The notes under the pieces were generated by a model. The model ran no database searches. It had not been told where the DNA came from and saw only the letters and a list, made by a program, of their open reading frames with translations. A stretch of DNA of 64,000 nucleotides. It comes from Actinomycetes bacterium. GTDB taxonomy: Bacteria; Actinomycetota; Acidimicrobiia; IMCC26256; PALSA-610. The stretch spans positions 25,847 to 89,846 of the forward strand of contig JANYBW010000054.1 of NCBI GenBank assembly GCA_025360585.1. Direction: 5' to 3'. Shown here in pieces: positions 56,001 through 64,000 of the stretch. Made by a program: the position numbers and the translations under genes. The number at the start of each line of letters is the position of its first letter. Position 1 is the stretch's first letter.

Positions 56001-56166
56001 CACGACCCCAACGACGCCAACCCCGGGCACCGCGACCACAACCAACCCACGGAGCAATGGCTCAGGGAGCGGCACTCCAACGCCCGGCAGCGCGGGCGGG
56101 TCCCCGCCGACCACGATGTCGCCGACGCCATCGGGCTCGACGACCACGACAATTCCTGGAACCTGA
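53077..56166 (+). CDS. UPF0182-family large membrane protein
   Basis: FYTDKLWFDDLGFGKVF after the first transmembrane segment, about 7 N-terminal transmembrane helices and a large extracytoplasmic domain. The tail is Thr/Pro-rich. An alternative ATG lies at 53107. Confidence 0.85.
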   Translation: MAGWRTYDRSMHVPPLSEEIRPRRRYGPRVLLGIVVAVLFVLFASAKALAGFYTDKLWFDDLGFGKVFSTLIWARIAPAVIFSFVMFVVLLVNLVLAGRLAPEYRTAGVEDEVIDRYVGYVTPYMGRVRVLVSLAIGALVGFGASSQWREWIMYQNRVTWGIKDAQFHKDIGFYVFELPFLKFIAEWSFVVFFVSLFITAVFHYINGGIRVQAGFQRVTPQVKAHLSVLLAAMAITKTAQYWLGRYDLVYSHRGKVDGATFTDIHAQLPALEFLALISVVGAILFVVNIWRRGWTLPIIAAGLWAFISIIVGTAYPAWMQRFQVQPAEQSKEQPYIERNIAATRAAYGLDKFGVQIYKGNGKLDAQAVKESSAAKTLSNVRLWDPDALQTAIAKQNVKGYYQLGVPSIDRYTVGAVNKQLAMVSVRGLNSAELPSDTWTNRHLAYTHGQAAVVVQANATSVSASQDPSYLVSGIPAAGETDIKISQPDVYYAPSMSDYVIGATKEKEVEVDGSGNEARDQYRDTKRGISLSSLLRKAAFATRFSDFNLLISDRLQSQSKMLFVRDPAERVRKAAPFLSTDSEAYPVVLPDGTMQWVVDAYTSTDKYPYSQEIRPGDVSGQQIAGNYNYARNSVKAVVDAYNGSVSLYIVDPTDPLIRAYSKAFPSLFQPASAMPNGLAEHLRAPTDLFKAQMRMLEQYHVLPTQAGAFYGGTQRWRIAPQPSVGTSGTADTTPTTSASAGNDGGRNGQNQNDSQRVEPQYQMLQLPDGTQQEFVLTTSFVPASKNDTSPNILSAFVAARNDGFGTSNFGRTTVFDSSSGSGLSSEVFAAAQIQKDTLISQRISLLGQGGSSITPGAVQLLPIGDSILYAQPFFINSDNKGAVPGLAFVALDDGKRAVFANSVAEALKLLYGDTVAPPDNGNGGPPATITDAERLKKIKAALDEYQSKTKSGEFEAAGKALRTLGDLVNGVTTPTSTTPTTPTPGTATTTNPRSNGSGSGTPTPGSAGGSPPTTMSPTPSGSTTTTIPGT

Positions 56167-56200
56167 GCGGGTAGGGATGCCGGTTGGGGCGGGGCTGCGG

Positions 56201-56230
56201 TAATTGTTACTATGGCGGTAGTGATAATTA
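56201..56230. promoter_or_regulatory. AT-rich imperfect inverted repeat upstream of sufB (candidate operator)
   Basis: TAATTGTTACTA-TGGCGG-TAGTGATAATTA, with 10 of 12 arm positions complementary. It lies 49 nt upstream of the sufB ATG. Confidence 0.4.
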
Positions 56231-56278
56231 TTTCGGGCCGCTAGCCGGTGGGCCGAAGGTGCTGCGGAAGGAATTGCG

Positions 56279-57679
<1,401 letters not shown>

Positions 57680-57717
57680 CTCCCGTCGGGCCGCACACAT
57701 CGCCAGGAAGCAAACGA

Positions 57718-59013
57718 ATGCAACAGTTCAGTGTTGATGCCGCGCGAGCGCTCGGTGGTCCGGATTGGTTGGTGGCGCGTCGTGTGGCCGCTGCCGAGGC
57801 AATCACGACGGCAGAACTCCCAACCACGGTCGAAGAAGTGTGGCGTTATAGCCGCATCGGCGAACTCGATCTGAATCGATTTCGGCCCGTTCCGGTTGAG
57901 GAATTGAACGAACCGGGCGACGAACGCGCACCCGGTGGCGGGCCCTGGGCATTAGAAGTTGGCGCGCATGCAGGAATGCTCGTTGTTCGTGATGGCCGAG
58001 TGGTGCGCCACGAACTCGATCCTTCGCTTGAAGCGCAAGGTGTGCGGGTCTGCGATATCGCGACGTGTGGCGTCGATGCCGATGTACAGGCCGCGTTTGG
58101 TTCGGTGGTTGCCGACGGTGCCGACTATTTCACCGATCTCAACGATGCGTTCACACCCGGCGGCGCGCTGATTTGGATTCCTGACAACGTCGTGATTGCA
58201 GATCCGATCGTCGTATTGCACTGGTGTGAAGGCGACGGCGAGGTTTCCTTTCCGCGCACACTGGTAAGGATGGGCCGAAACTCAGAGGCCACGGTGTTGG
58301 AGCGATTTGGATCACCGAGCACGGATCACCTTGTTGATGCGGTGGCCGAACTGATCGTCGGCGACAACGCGCAGCTGCGCTACCTGTCGATTCAAGAACA
58401 CGGTTCGAAAACTTGGCACATCGGATTGCAGCGCGCCCACCTCGGTCGCGACGCACATCTGAAAACTGCTGCCGTCGCGCTCGGTGGCGATTATGCACGC
58501 CTGCGCGCCGAAGCGCGCCTCGATGCTCCTGGTGCCGAAAGTGAAATGGTCGCGGTCTACTTCGGTGACCAGAATCAGATGCTCGATTTCCGCACCCTGC
58601 AAGATCACGTGGCGCCCCGCACGCGCAGCGATTTGTTGTTTAAGGGTGCCGTCGAAGACACCGCGACGTCGGTGTATTCGGGAATGATCCGCCTGCGCGA
58701 AGACGCGCAAAAAGCCGAGGCGTACCAAACGAACCGCAACTTGGTACTGACCAAGGGCGCGAGCGCGGAATCGATTCCGAACCTCGAGATTTTGGCCAAC
58801 GACGTGAAGTGTTCGCACGGTTCCACGGTTGGCCCGATCGACGACGAGCAGCGTTACTACTTGGAATCCCGTGGTATTGCGCCCCAGGATGCCGAACGCC
58901 TCATTGTGTTGGGCTTTTTCGACGATGTGTTCGCTCGGCTTCCGCACGGCGGGCTGGTTGGTCGGTTGCGCAAGACAGTGATCGACAAGATCGATCGTGG
59001 GGTTGGCGTATGA
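57718..59013 (+). CDS. sufD: Fe-S cluster assembly protein SufD
   Basis: SufB/D beta-helix C-terminal region with LEILANDVKCSHGSTVGPIDDEQRYYLESRGI. Confidence 0.9.
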   Translation: MQQFSVDAARALGGPDWLVARRVAAAEAITTAELPTTVEEVWRYSRIGELDLNRFRPVPVEELNEPGDERAPGGGPWALEVGAHAGMLVVRDGRVVRHELDPSLEAQGVRVCDIATCGVDADVQAAFGSVVADGADYFTDLNDAFTPGGALIWIPDNVVIADPIVVLHWCEGDGEVSFPRTLVRMGRNSEATVLERFGSPSTDHLVDAVAELIVGDNAQLRYLSIQEHGSKTWHIGLQRAHLGRDAHLKTAAVALGGDYARLRAEARLDAPGAESEMVAVYFGDQNQMLDFRTLQDHVAPRTRSDLLFKGAVEDTATSVYSGMIRLREDAQKAEAYQTNRNLVLTKGASAESIPNLEILANDVKCSHGSTVGPIDDEQRYYLESRGIAPQDAERLIVLGFFDDVFARLPHGGLVGRLRKTVIDKIDRGVGV

Positions 59014-59321
59014 ATGGCGCCCGCGTCTGTGCGACCACCGAAGTTCGAGATGGCTCGGCGCTGCGGTTCGACGTTGCCGGCACCGCAGTGTGTGTTGCTC
59101 GCGTTGGGGATGAATGGTTTGCGATCGGCGATGTCTGCTCGCACGCGGATTTTTCGTTGGCCGACGGTGAAGTTTGGGCGGACGATTTTGAAATCGAGTG
59201 CCCGAAACACGGCGCGCTGTTTTCGTTGCGCACTGGCGAGCCCCAAACCCTGCCCGCGACGATCGCGGTGCCGGTGTTCAAGATCGCGATTCTGGGTGAA
59301 GATGTGATGGTGGAAATCTGA
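59010..59321 (+). CDS. Rieske [2Fe-2S] ferredoxin (suf-operon associated)
   Basis: CSH...(x17)...CPKHG Rieske ligands. ATG 59010 overlaps the sufD stop (ATGA). The position between sufD and sufC is the same as in Streptomyces-type suf operons. Confidence 0.85.
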   Translation: MNGARVCATTEVRDGSALRFDVAGTAVCVARVGDEWFAIGDVCSHADFSLADGEVWADDFEIECPKHGALFSLRTGEPQTLPATIAVPVFKIAILGEDVMVEI

Positions 59322-60151
59322 TGACAAACCAATCGCAATTCGAAATCCGAGGCGTCCACGCGACGGTCGCGGGATTCGAAATTCTGCGCGGCGTCGACCT
59401 CACGCTTGGCGGCGGCGAAGTCCACGCGGTGATGGGGCCGAACGGCTGCGGCAAGAGCACCTTGTCGCACACGCTGATGGGTCGCCCTGATTACACCGTA
59501 ACTGCCGGCTCGGCGACGATCGATGGCGTTGAGCTGCTCGGAACTCCTACCTACCGACGCGCACAAGCCGGCCTGTTTCTCGCGATGCAGTACCCGGTTG
59601 AGATCCCTGGCGTCCGTGTCGGCGACCTCGTTGCCGCGGCGCTGACGGCGCGCGGCAGTGAACCGTCAGAAACTCGCCTCAACCTCGAAGCCGAGCGGCT
59701 CGCTGTGCGCGACGAATTCTTGACTCGCGGGGTGAACGACGAGTTTTCGGGGGGCGAAAAGAAACGCGTCGAGACGTTGCAACTCGCGATGTTGCAGCCG
59801 AAGTTCGCGATACTCGATGAAATCGATTCCGGCCTAGACGTTGATGCGTTGCGTGATGTCGCGCGGCGGGTTGTAGCGATGACTCAAGAAGATGGCCTCG
59901 GCGTTTTAGCGATTACGCACTACGCCCGGCTGCTCGAAGAACTCAAACCTGATTTCATTCACGTGATGATGGCTGGTCGTATCGTGGCGAGTGGCGGCCC
60001 AGAAATCGCCGACCGCCTCGAAGCTGTCGGTTACGAAGGGCTCGCGAAAGAACTCGGCGTGACTGAGCTCACCGTGAATAAGCCGGTTGCTTCTGGAAAA
60101 TTTGAAGATCCGACCATCGCTGCCAATCCGTTTGCGGATCCGTTCGCATAG
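59321..60151 (+). CDS. sufC: Fe-S cluster assembly ATPase SufC
   Basis: GPNGCGKSTL, FSGGEKKR and ILDEIDSGLDVDAL. Confidence 0.95.
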   Translation: MTNQSQFEIRGVHATVAGFEILRGVDLTLGGGEVHAVMGPNGCGKSTLSHTLMGRPDYTVTAGSATIDGVELLGTPTYRRAQAGLFLAMQYPVEIPGVRVGDLVAAALTARGSEPSETRLNLEAERLAVRDEFLTRGVNDEFSGGEKKRVETLQLAMLQPKFAILDEIDSGLDVDALRDVARRVVAMTQEDGLGVLAITHYARLLEELKPDFIHVMMAGRIVASGGPEIADRLEAVGYEGLAKELGVTELTVNKPVASGKFEDPTIAANPFADPFA

Positions 60152-60160
60152 TTTGTCGGC

Positions 60161-60688
60161 ATGCGGGGGGTGATCTCGACCAGCGAACGCGTGGCTTTGT
60201 GTTCGGTATCGAATCGCGATCGTGACGAATTTTTAAGCGCCGTGGCGCGCAGCGGTGGGGTACATCGACCTTGGGTATTCGCCCCAACGACTCGGGCGCA
60301 GTGGGCTGCATATTCCCGCAAAGCTCATGCAGATGATGCGCGCGCAATGTTGATCCGCCGCCGCGAAGACGGCGCACTTGCGGGCGTGATCAACCTCAAC
60401 AACATCATCGGCGGTGGACTACAACAAGCCTTCGTGGGTTACTACGCGCTCGATCCATTCTTCGGCCACGGTTATATGAGCGAAGGCCTGCGCTTGGTGA
60501 TTGAACACGCCTTCGTCGATCTTCGTTTACACCGGCTTGAAGCGAACATTCAACCCGGCAACGAGCCATCAAAACGCCTCGCCGCGGCGGTTGGGTTTCG
60601 TTGCGAGGGCTTCTCGCCCCGGTATCTCCAAGTGGGCGGAGAATGGCGCGATCACGAACGTTGGGCCCGCATCAGCGACGATACCTGA
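60161..60688 (+). CDS. GNAT-family N-acetyltransferase (RimJ/RimL-like)
   Basis: GHGYMSEGLRLVIEHAF..L.LHRLEANIQPGNEPSKRLAAAVGFRCEG. Confidence 0.8.
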   Translation: MRGVISTSERVALCSVSNRDRDEFLSAVARSGGVHRPWVFAPTTRAQWAAYSRKAHADDARAMLIRRREDGALAGVINLNNIIGGGLQQAFVGYYALDPFFGHGYMSEGLRLVIEHAFVDLRLHRLEANIQPGNEPSKRLAAAVGFRCEGFSPRYLQVGGEWRDHERWARISDDT

Positions 60689-60710
60689 GTTGCTCGTCTT
60701 GGCGTGCCGC

Positions 60711-60780
60711 TCTTGACAGGTGGTTCTTGACAGGTAGTTCTTGACAGGTAGTTCTTGACGAGTAGTTCTTGACAGGTAGT
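60711..60780. repeat. 5 x 14-bp tandem repeat, each unit containing TTGACA
   Basis: TCTTGACAGGTGGT, TCTTGACAGGTAGT twice, TCTTGACGAGTAGT, TCTTGACAGGTAGT, arranged head to tail. Confidence 0.92.
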
Positions 60781-60803
60781 TACTGAGTATATATACTGAG
60801 TAA
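60769..60803 (+). promoter_or_regulatory. predicted padR promoter (TTGACA-N17-TATACT) with an overlapping palindrome; probable leaderless transcript
   Basis: -35 TTGACA at 60769-60774 and -10 TATACT at 60792-60797. The padR ATG A (60804) is 7 nt after the -10 and has no Shine-Dalgarno sequence. A 12-bp perfect palindrome AGTATATATACT lies at 60787-60798, inside the direct repeat TACTGAGTA-TATA-TACTGAGTA. Confidence 0.55.
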
Positions 60804-61409
60804 ATGGCAGTGCGTGAAGGGTTGTTAGCCCTGCTCAACCGGGGTCCGGCTCACGGATTTCAGTTGAAGCATGATTTCGAGGCGGCAACGGGTCAAGCCT
60901 GGCCGTTGAACGTTGGGCAGGTGTACACGACCCTCGATCGGCTCGAACGCGATGCGTTGGTGACGGTCGGCGGCGACCCTGAAACCGACGGACGGAGCCA
61001 GCCCGGCCAGAAGCTGTATGAACTCACCGCGGCCGGGCGCGAAGCGCTCAGTGCCTGGTGGAACGAGCTCCCAGCCGACGATCCTCCGCCGCGCGACGAG
61101 CTGATGCTCAAACTCCTATTTGCTATCGACGCCGGGCGCGAACACGCGCTGCGAGTCATCACGGAACATCGAAGCGCGATGTTTTCAGTCCTCCAAGCGC
61201 GGCGACGGGCCGCGACCCCGACCGACATCGCCAGTCACCTTGTCCACGACGCCTTGATCGTGCGCGCTGAAGCCGATCTGCGTTGGCTCGACATGTGCGA
61301 GGCCCGAATGCTGCGCGTCGCACCGTCGTCAACGAACGCGACCACGAACCACACGTCTCGTGAATCGTCCAACCCATCGTCCAACGCACCGTCCAATCGG
61401 GGAGATTGA
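60804..61409 (+). CDS. PadR-family transcriptional regulator
   Basis: LLALLNRGPAHGFQLKHDF...WPLNVGQVYTTLDRLERDALV is a PadR winged helix. Confidence 0.87.
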   Translation: MAVREGLLALLNRGPAHGFQLKHDFEAATGQAWPLNVGQVYTTLDRLERDALVTVGGDPETDGRSQPGQKLYELTAAGREALSAWWNELPADDPPPRDELMLKLLFAIDAGREHALRVITEHRSAMFSVLQARRRAATPTDIASHLVHDALIVRAEADLRWLDMCEARMLRVAPSSTNATTNHTSRESSNPSSNAPSNRGD

Positions 61410-61415
61410 GATTCC

Positions 61416-62159
61416 ATGAACGCAATTCTTGAATTTGATGACGTGGTGAAGAGCTACGGCTCAGGGCCCTCGGAAGTACGGGCGCTGAAAGGTGTGTCGC
61501 TATGCGTCGAACCCGGCGAGTTCATCGCGATCATGGGTCCGAGCGGCTGCGGCAAGAGCACCGTGCTGCACCTCGGTGGCGCGCTCGAGGAACCGAGTGC
61601 AGGACGCGTACTGGTCGACGGCCGCAACATCGGTTCGCTCGGCGCGGCCGAGCGCAGTCTGTTGCGGCGCCGCGACGTTGGTTACGTGTTTCAACGGTTG
61701 AATCTGATCCCTGCGTTGAGCGCGCTCGAAAACGTGATGCTGCCGCTCGAAATTGATGGCGTGCGGACGCGTGATGCCAAGCACCGTGCCATGGAAGCAT
61801 TGGCTCGCGTGGGTCTAGAACAACGAATTGATCGCTATCCCGACGATTTCTCCGGCGGTCAACAACAGCGCATCGCGATTGCCCGAGCGATTGTTGGAAA
61901 GCGACGGTTGCTACTCGCCGACGAACCGACGGGCGCACTCGACACGCTGAGCAGCGATGAAATCATTGAAGTTTTGAGTTTGTTGCCCAAAGACACAGGA
62001 ACTGCGGTAGTTCTCGTCACGCACGAACCGCGATTCGCGAGCTGGGCTGATCGCGTGGTGTTCTTGCGCGACGGCCGCGTGGTCGGTGAGTCGGGAGCAA
62101 CCTCCGGATCGACCAGCGCCTCGGCGGGCGCGACTCTCGCGCCGGGTGTGGTGGCCTGA
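61416..62159 (+). CDS. ABC transporter ATP-binding protein (MacB/LolD/FtsE-like)
   Basis: [23 protein letters not shown] and LLLADEPTGALD. Confidence 0.9.
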   Translation: MNAILEFDDVVKSYGSGPSEVRALKGVSLCVEPGEFIAIMGPSGCGKSTVLHLGGALEEPSAGRVLVDGRNIGSLGAAERSLLRRRDVGYVFQRLNLIPALSALENVMLPLEIDGVRTRDAKHRAMEALARVGLEQRIDRYPDDFSGGQQQRIAIARAIVGKRRLLLADEPTGALDTLSSDEIIEVLSLLPKDTGTAVVLVTHEPRFASWADRVVFLRDGRVVGESGATSGSTSASAGATLAPGVVA

Positions 62160-62161
62160 TC

Positions 62162-64000
62162 ATGATGAGCCAATGGAGATTTGCTTCGCGGCTCGCTCGT
62201 CGTGAAGTGCAACGGAGACCAGGGCGCACCGTCTTGGTCATGCTGCTCATTGCTCTGCCAATTGCCGCAATGGTTTTTGCATCAGTGTCCTATCGCACCA
62301 GCCAAGACGGCGCGAGCGAAAAATTCACCCGCCGCTTCGGGGCTGCCGACTATGCAATCGAAAACGCGGCGACACCGACGGATATTGCAACGTTTCCTAC
62401 CGGAACTCGGGTGTTGCGCAGCGCCGAGGTGACCGTTGGCGTGCTGCCCACCGACTCGCTTCCGGCGGGCTGGACGATGGTGTCGAATTTGGATCTCGGC
62501 GATCCGATGACGCGCGGGATGTTTCGCATGGATTCGGGCCGTGCGCCACGCGCGGCTGGCGAAATCGTGTTGACTCGTACCCTCGCCCGGGCGTGGCACG
62601 CGCAGCCAGGCACGAAGCTCCAGTGGCGTCGCCCACAGGGCGCGTTCACCGTCGTGGGTGTCGGTGTTGCGGTCGATAATTTCCGAAGCGAAATCGTGTT
62701 TGTTGCGGGTGCAGTCGAGCAAGTTGTGGCTGCGAGCGATGAGCGCCCCGGCGCAATATCAGTGAATTACACCGATCGCATCGATGTGCCCGGTGTTCCG
62801 ACGAGCGCCGACGCGTTGCGACAGTTCGCACATCACACCGCGGGTGCGTTGCAATACAGCGATCGGTACGGCCATCCGGGAAGCACCAAGGTGAAAGTCG
62901 CGGCGATCGCGTGGGGTTGGGTTGTCGGTGCGCTGTTGCTTGGAATTGTCGGCATCATTGTCTCCGCTGCGTTTGCGACGAGCGCACGCCGTCAACTTGT
63001 CACGCTCGGGCAACTGGCTGCGAATGGATCTCCGGAACGGCTCATGCGTAGGACCATGGTCTTGCAGGGGGCATGGAGCGGGGTGTACGGCAGCGGCTTG
63101 GGCCTCGTCGCTGGTGCAGCACTCTTGATCAGCGGCCGAGATCAAATTGAATCGTTGACCCGCCACGAGATTGGCCCGTACCAATGGGGGCCAGCACTGT
63201 TGGCGATCATCGTCGTGACCGGAGTGATTGCGGCAATGACTGCCGCCTGGTTTCCGGCCCGCAGCGCCGCGAAAGTCTCGGTGCTCAGCGCGCTCGCCGG
63301 ACGGCGCCCGATGAAATCGGTGCCGAAACGAATGGTGCCAATTGGCGCCGGGCTTTTTGGCTCCGGGATCTTGATCCTCGCCCTCGTAGCCGCTGCGGCG
63401 AAGAGCGGGAGCGGCAACGCCGCCGCCGCCGCCGCCGTGCTTGGTGGTGTGTTGGTGTTGGCGGGTGCTTGTTGCGTGAGTCCGGCCATCGTGTCGATAC
63501 TCGAACCCCTCGCCGCTCGAATCGGCGGCGCGGCTCGGGTGGCGGCGCGCAGCGTTGGCCGGGCGCGCGCTCGGAGCGCGGCGGTCGTCACCGCGTTGGC
63601 CGTTGCGAGTGCGATCGCGGTGGCCTCGGGAACGGTCGTGGCTTCGCGCTGGCCCGATGAAAAAAACCAACTTCCGTATTTGCCGCGCAACGTCGTTGAA
63701 ATTCAGCACTTTTTGTCGCCGGCAACGGAACCGTCTTCGGAATTACGCAGCTCCGAGCAGTTTGGCGCCGTTCCGGCTTCAGTGTGGTCGCGGTTCGCCG
63801 CTGTTCTTCCCGCGGCGAAGTGGGTGCCGCAGCATCACGCAGAAGTTTCGCCCAAGTCGATTGATCCCGGACGAGTTGGAACTCGGGCTGAGTCTGATTT
63901 GATCCAGAACGGTTATGTCTTGGTCGCCGACTCACGTGTACTTGCGGCACTGCACATCTCGGCGCGCGATCAGGCTGCACTGCAAACCGTTGGTGTCATG
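62162..64000 (+). CDS. FtsX-family ABC transporter permease (3' end lies outside the window)
   Basis: Absent from the ORF track because it has no stop in the window. I translated it from ATG 62162 and the frame stays open for all 613 codons to position 64000. It begins MMSQWRFASRLARREVQRRPGRTVLVMLLIALPIAAMVF and contains the FtsX motif region WFPARSAAKVSVLSALAGR. Confidence 0.8.
   Translation, partial: MMSQWRFASRLARREVQRRPGRTVLVMLLIALPIAAMVFASVSYRTSQDGASEKFTRRFGAADYAIENAATPTDIATFPTGTRVLRSAEVTVGVLPTDSLPAGWTMVSNLDLGDPMTRGMFRMDSGRAPRAAGEIVLTRTLARAWHAQPGTKLQWRRPQGAFTVVGVGVAVDNFRSEIVFVAGAVEQVVAASDERPGAISVNYTDRIDVPGVPTSADALRQFAHHTAGALQYSDRYGHPGSTKVKVAAIAWGWVVGALLLGIVGIIVSAAFATSARRQLVTLGQLAANGSPERLMRRTMVLQGAWSGVYGSGLGLVAGAALLISGRDQIESLTRHEIGPYQWGPALLAIIVVTGVIAAMTAAWFPARSAAKVSVLSALAGRRPMKSVPKRMVPIGAGLFGSGILILALVAAAAKSGSGNAAAAAAVLGGVLVLAGACCVSPAIVSILEPLAARIGGAARVAARSVGRARARSAAVVTALAVASAIAVASGTVVASRWPDEKNQLPYLPRNVVEIQHFLSPATEPSSELRSSEQFGAVPASVWSRFAAVLPAAKWVPQHHAEVSPKSIDPGRVGTRAESDLIQNGYVLVADSRVLAALHISARDQAALQTVGVM

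Overview
This is a densely coding, high-GC, actinobacterial-type chromosome segment. The synteny nnr-alr-tsaE-tsaB-rimI-tsaD-groES, two WhiB regulators, senX3-regX3, UPF0182 and a sufBD-Rieske-sufC operon point to Actinomycetota. A finer placement such as Acidimicrobiia would only be a guess. I found no rRNA, tRNA, CRISPR array, transposase or integrase.

Layout:
- 0.3-7.8 kb: a translationally coupled housekeeping operon ending in groES. groES has a perfect CIRCE operator and its own terminator, and no groEL follows it.
- 7.9-15.2 kb: an accessory-looking five-gene operon of four pilin/pseudopilin-like proteins plus a roughly 1,500-aa secreted DUF11/SdrD-B-repeat protein. No pilus assembly machinery lies in the window. 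This is my best candidate for an undescribed system.
- 15.2-23.9 kb: an acyl-CoA synthetase, a Nudix hydrolase, and a ChlI-like AAA ATPase separated from its ChlD-like VWA partner by a lipase and a GH1 glucosidase, followed by msrB.
- 24-28.7 kb: whiB, a formimidoyltransferase, an LLM oxidoreductase, tatA, a second whiB and htrA.
- 28.8-40.2 kb: a phosphate/polyphosphate supercluster comprising pstSCA, phoU, pstB-senX3-regX3 and ppk1-CHAD-Nudix-SixA.
- 40.2-53 kb: an MFS transporter, a DUF2342-type protein, an epimerase, a fused siroheme-decarboxylase homolog, a catalytically degenerate HtrA paralog, moaE, an orphan mreB, a HEAT-repeat protein, a sortase, a PDZ-Lon protein and a DivIVA protein with a MuF-like C-terminus.
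- 53-64 kb: UPF0182, sufB-sufD-Rieske-sufC, a GNAT, and padR-ABC-FtsX preceded by a five-copy TTGACA tandem array.

All family calls rest on motif recognition by eye in the supplied translations. No database search was run.
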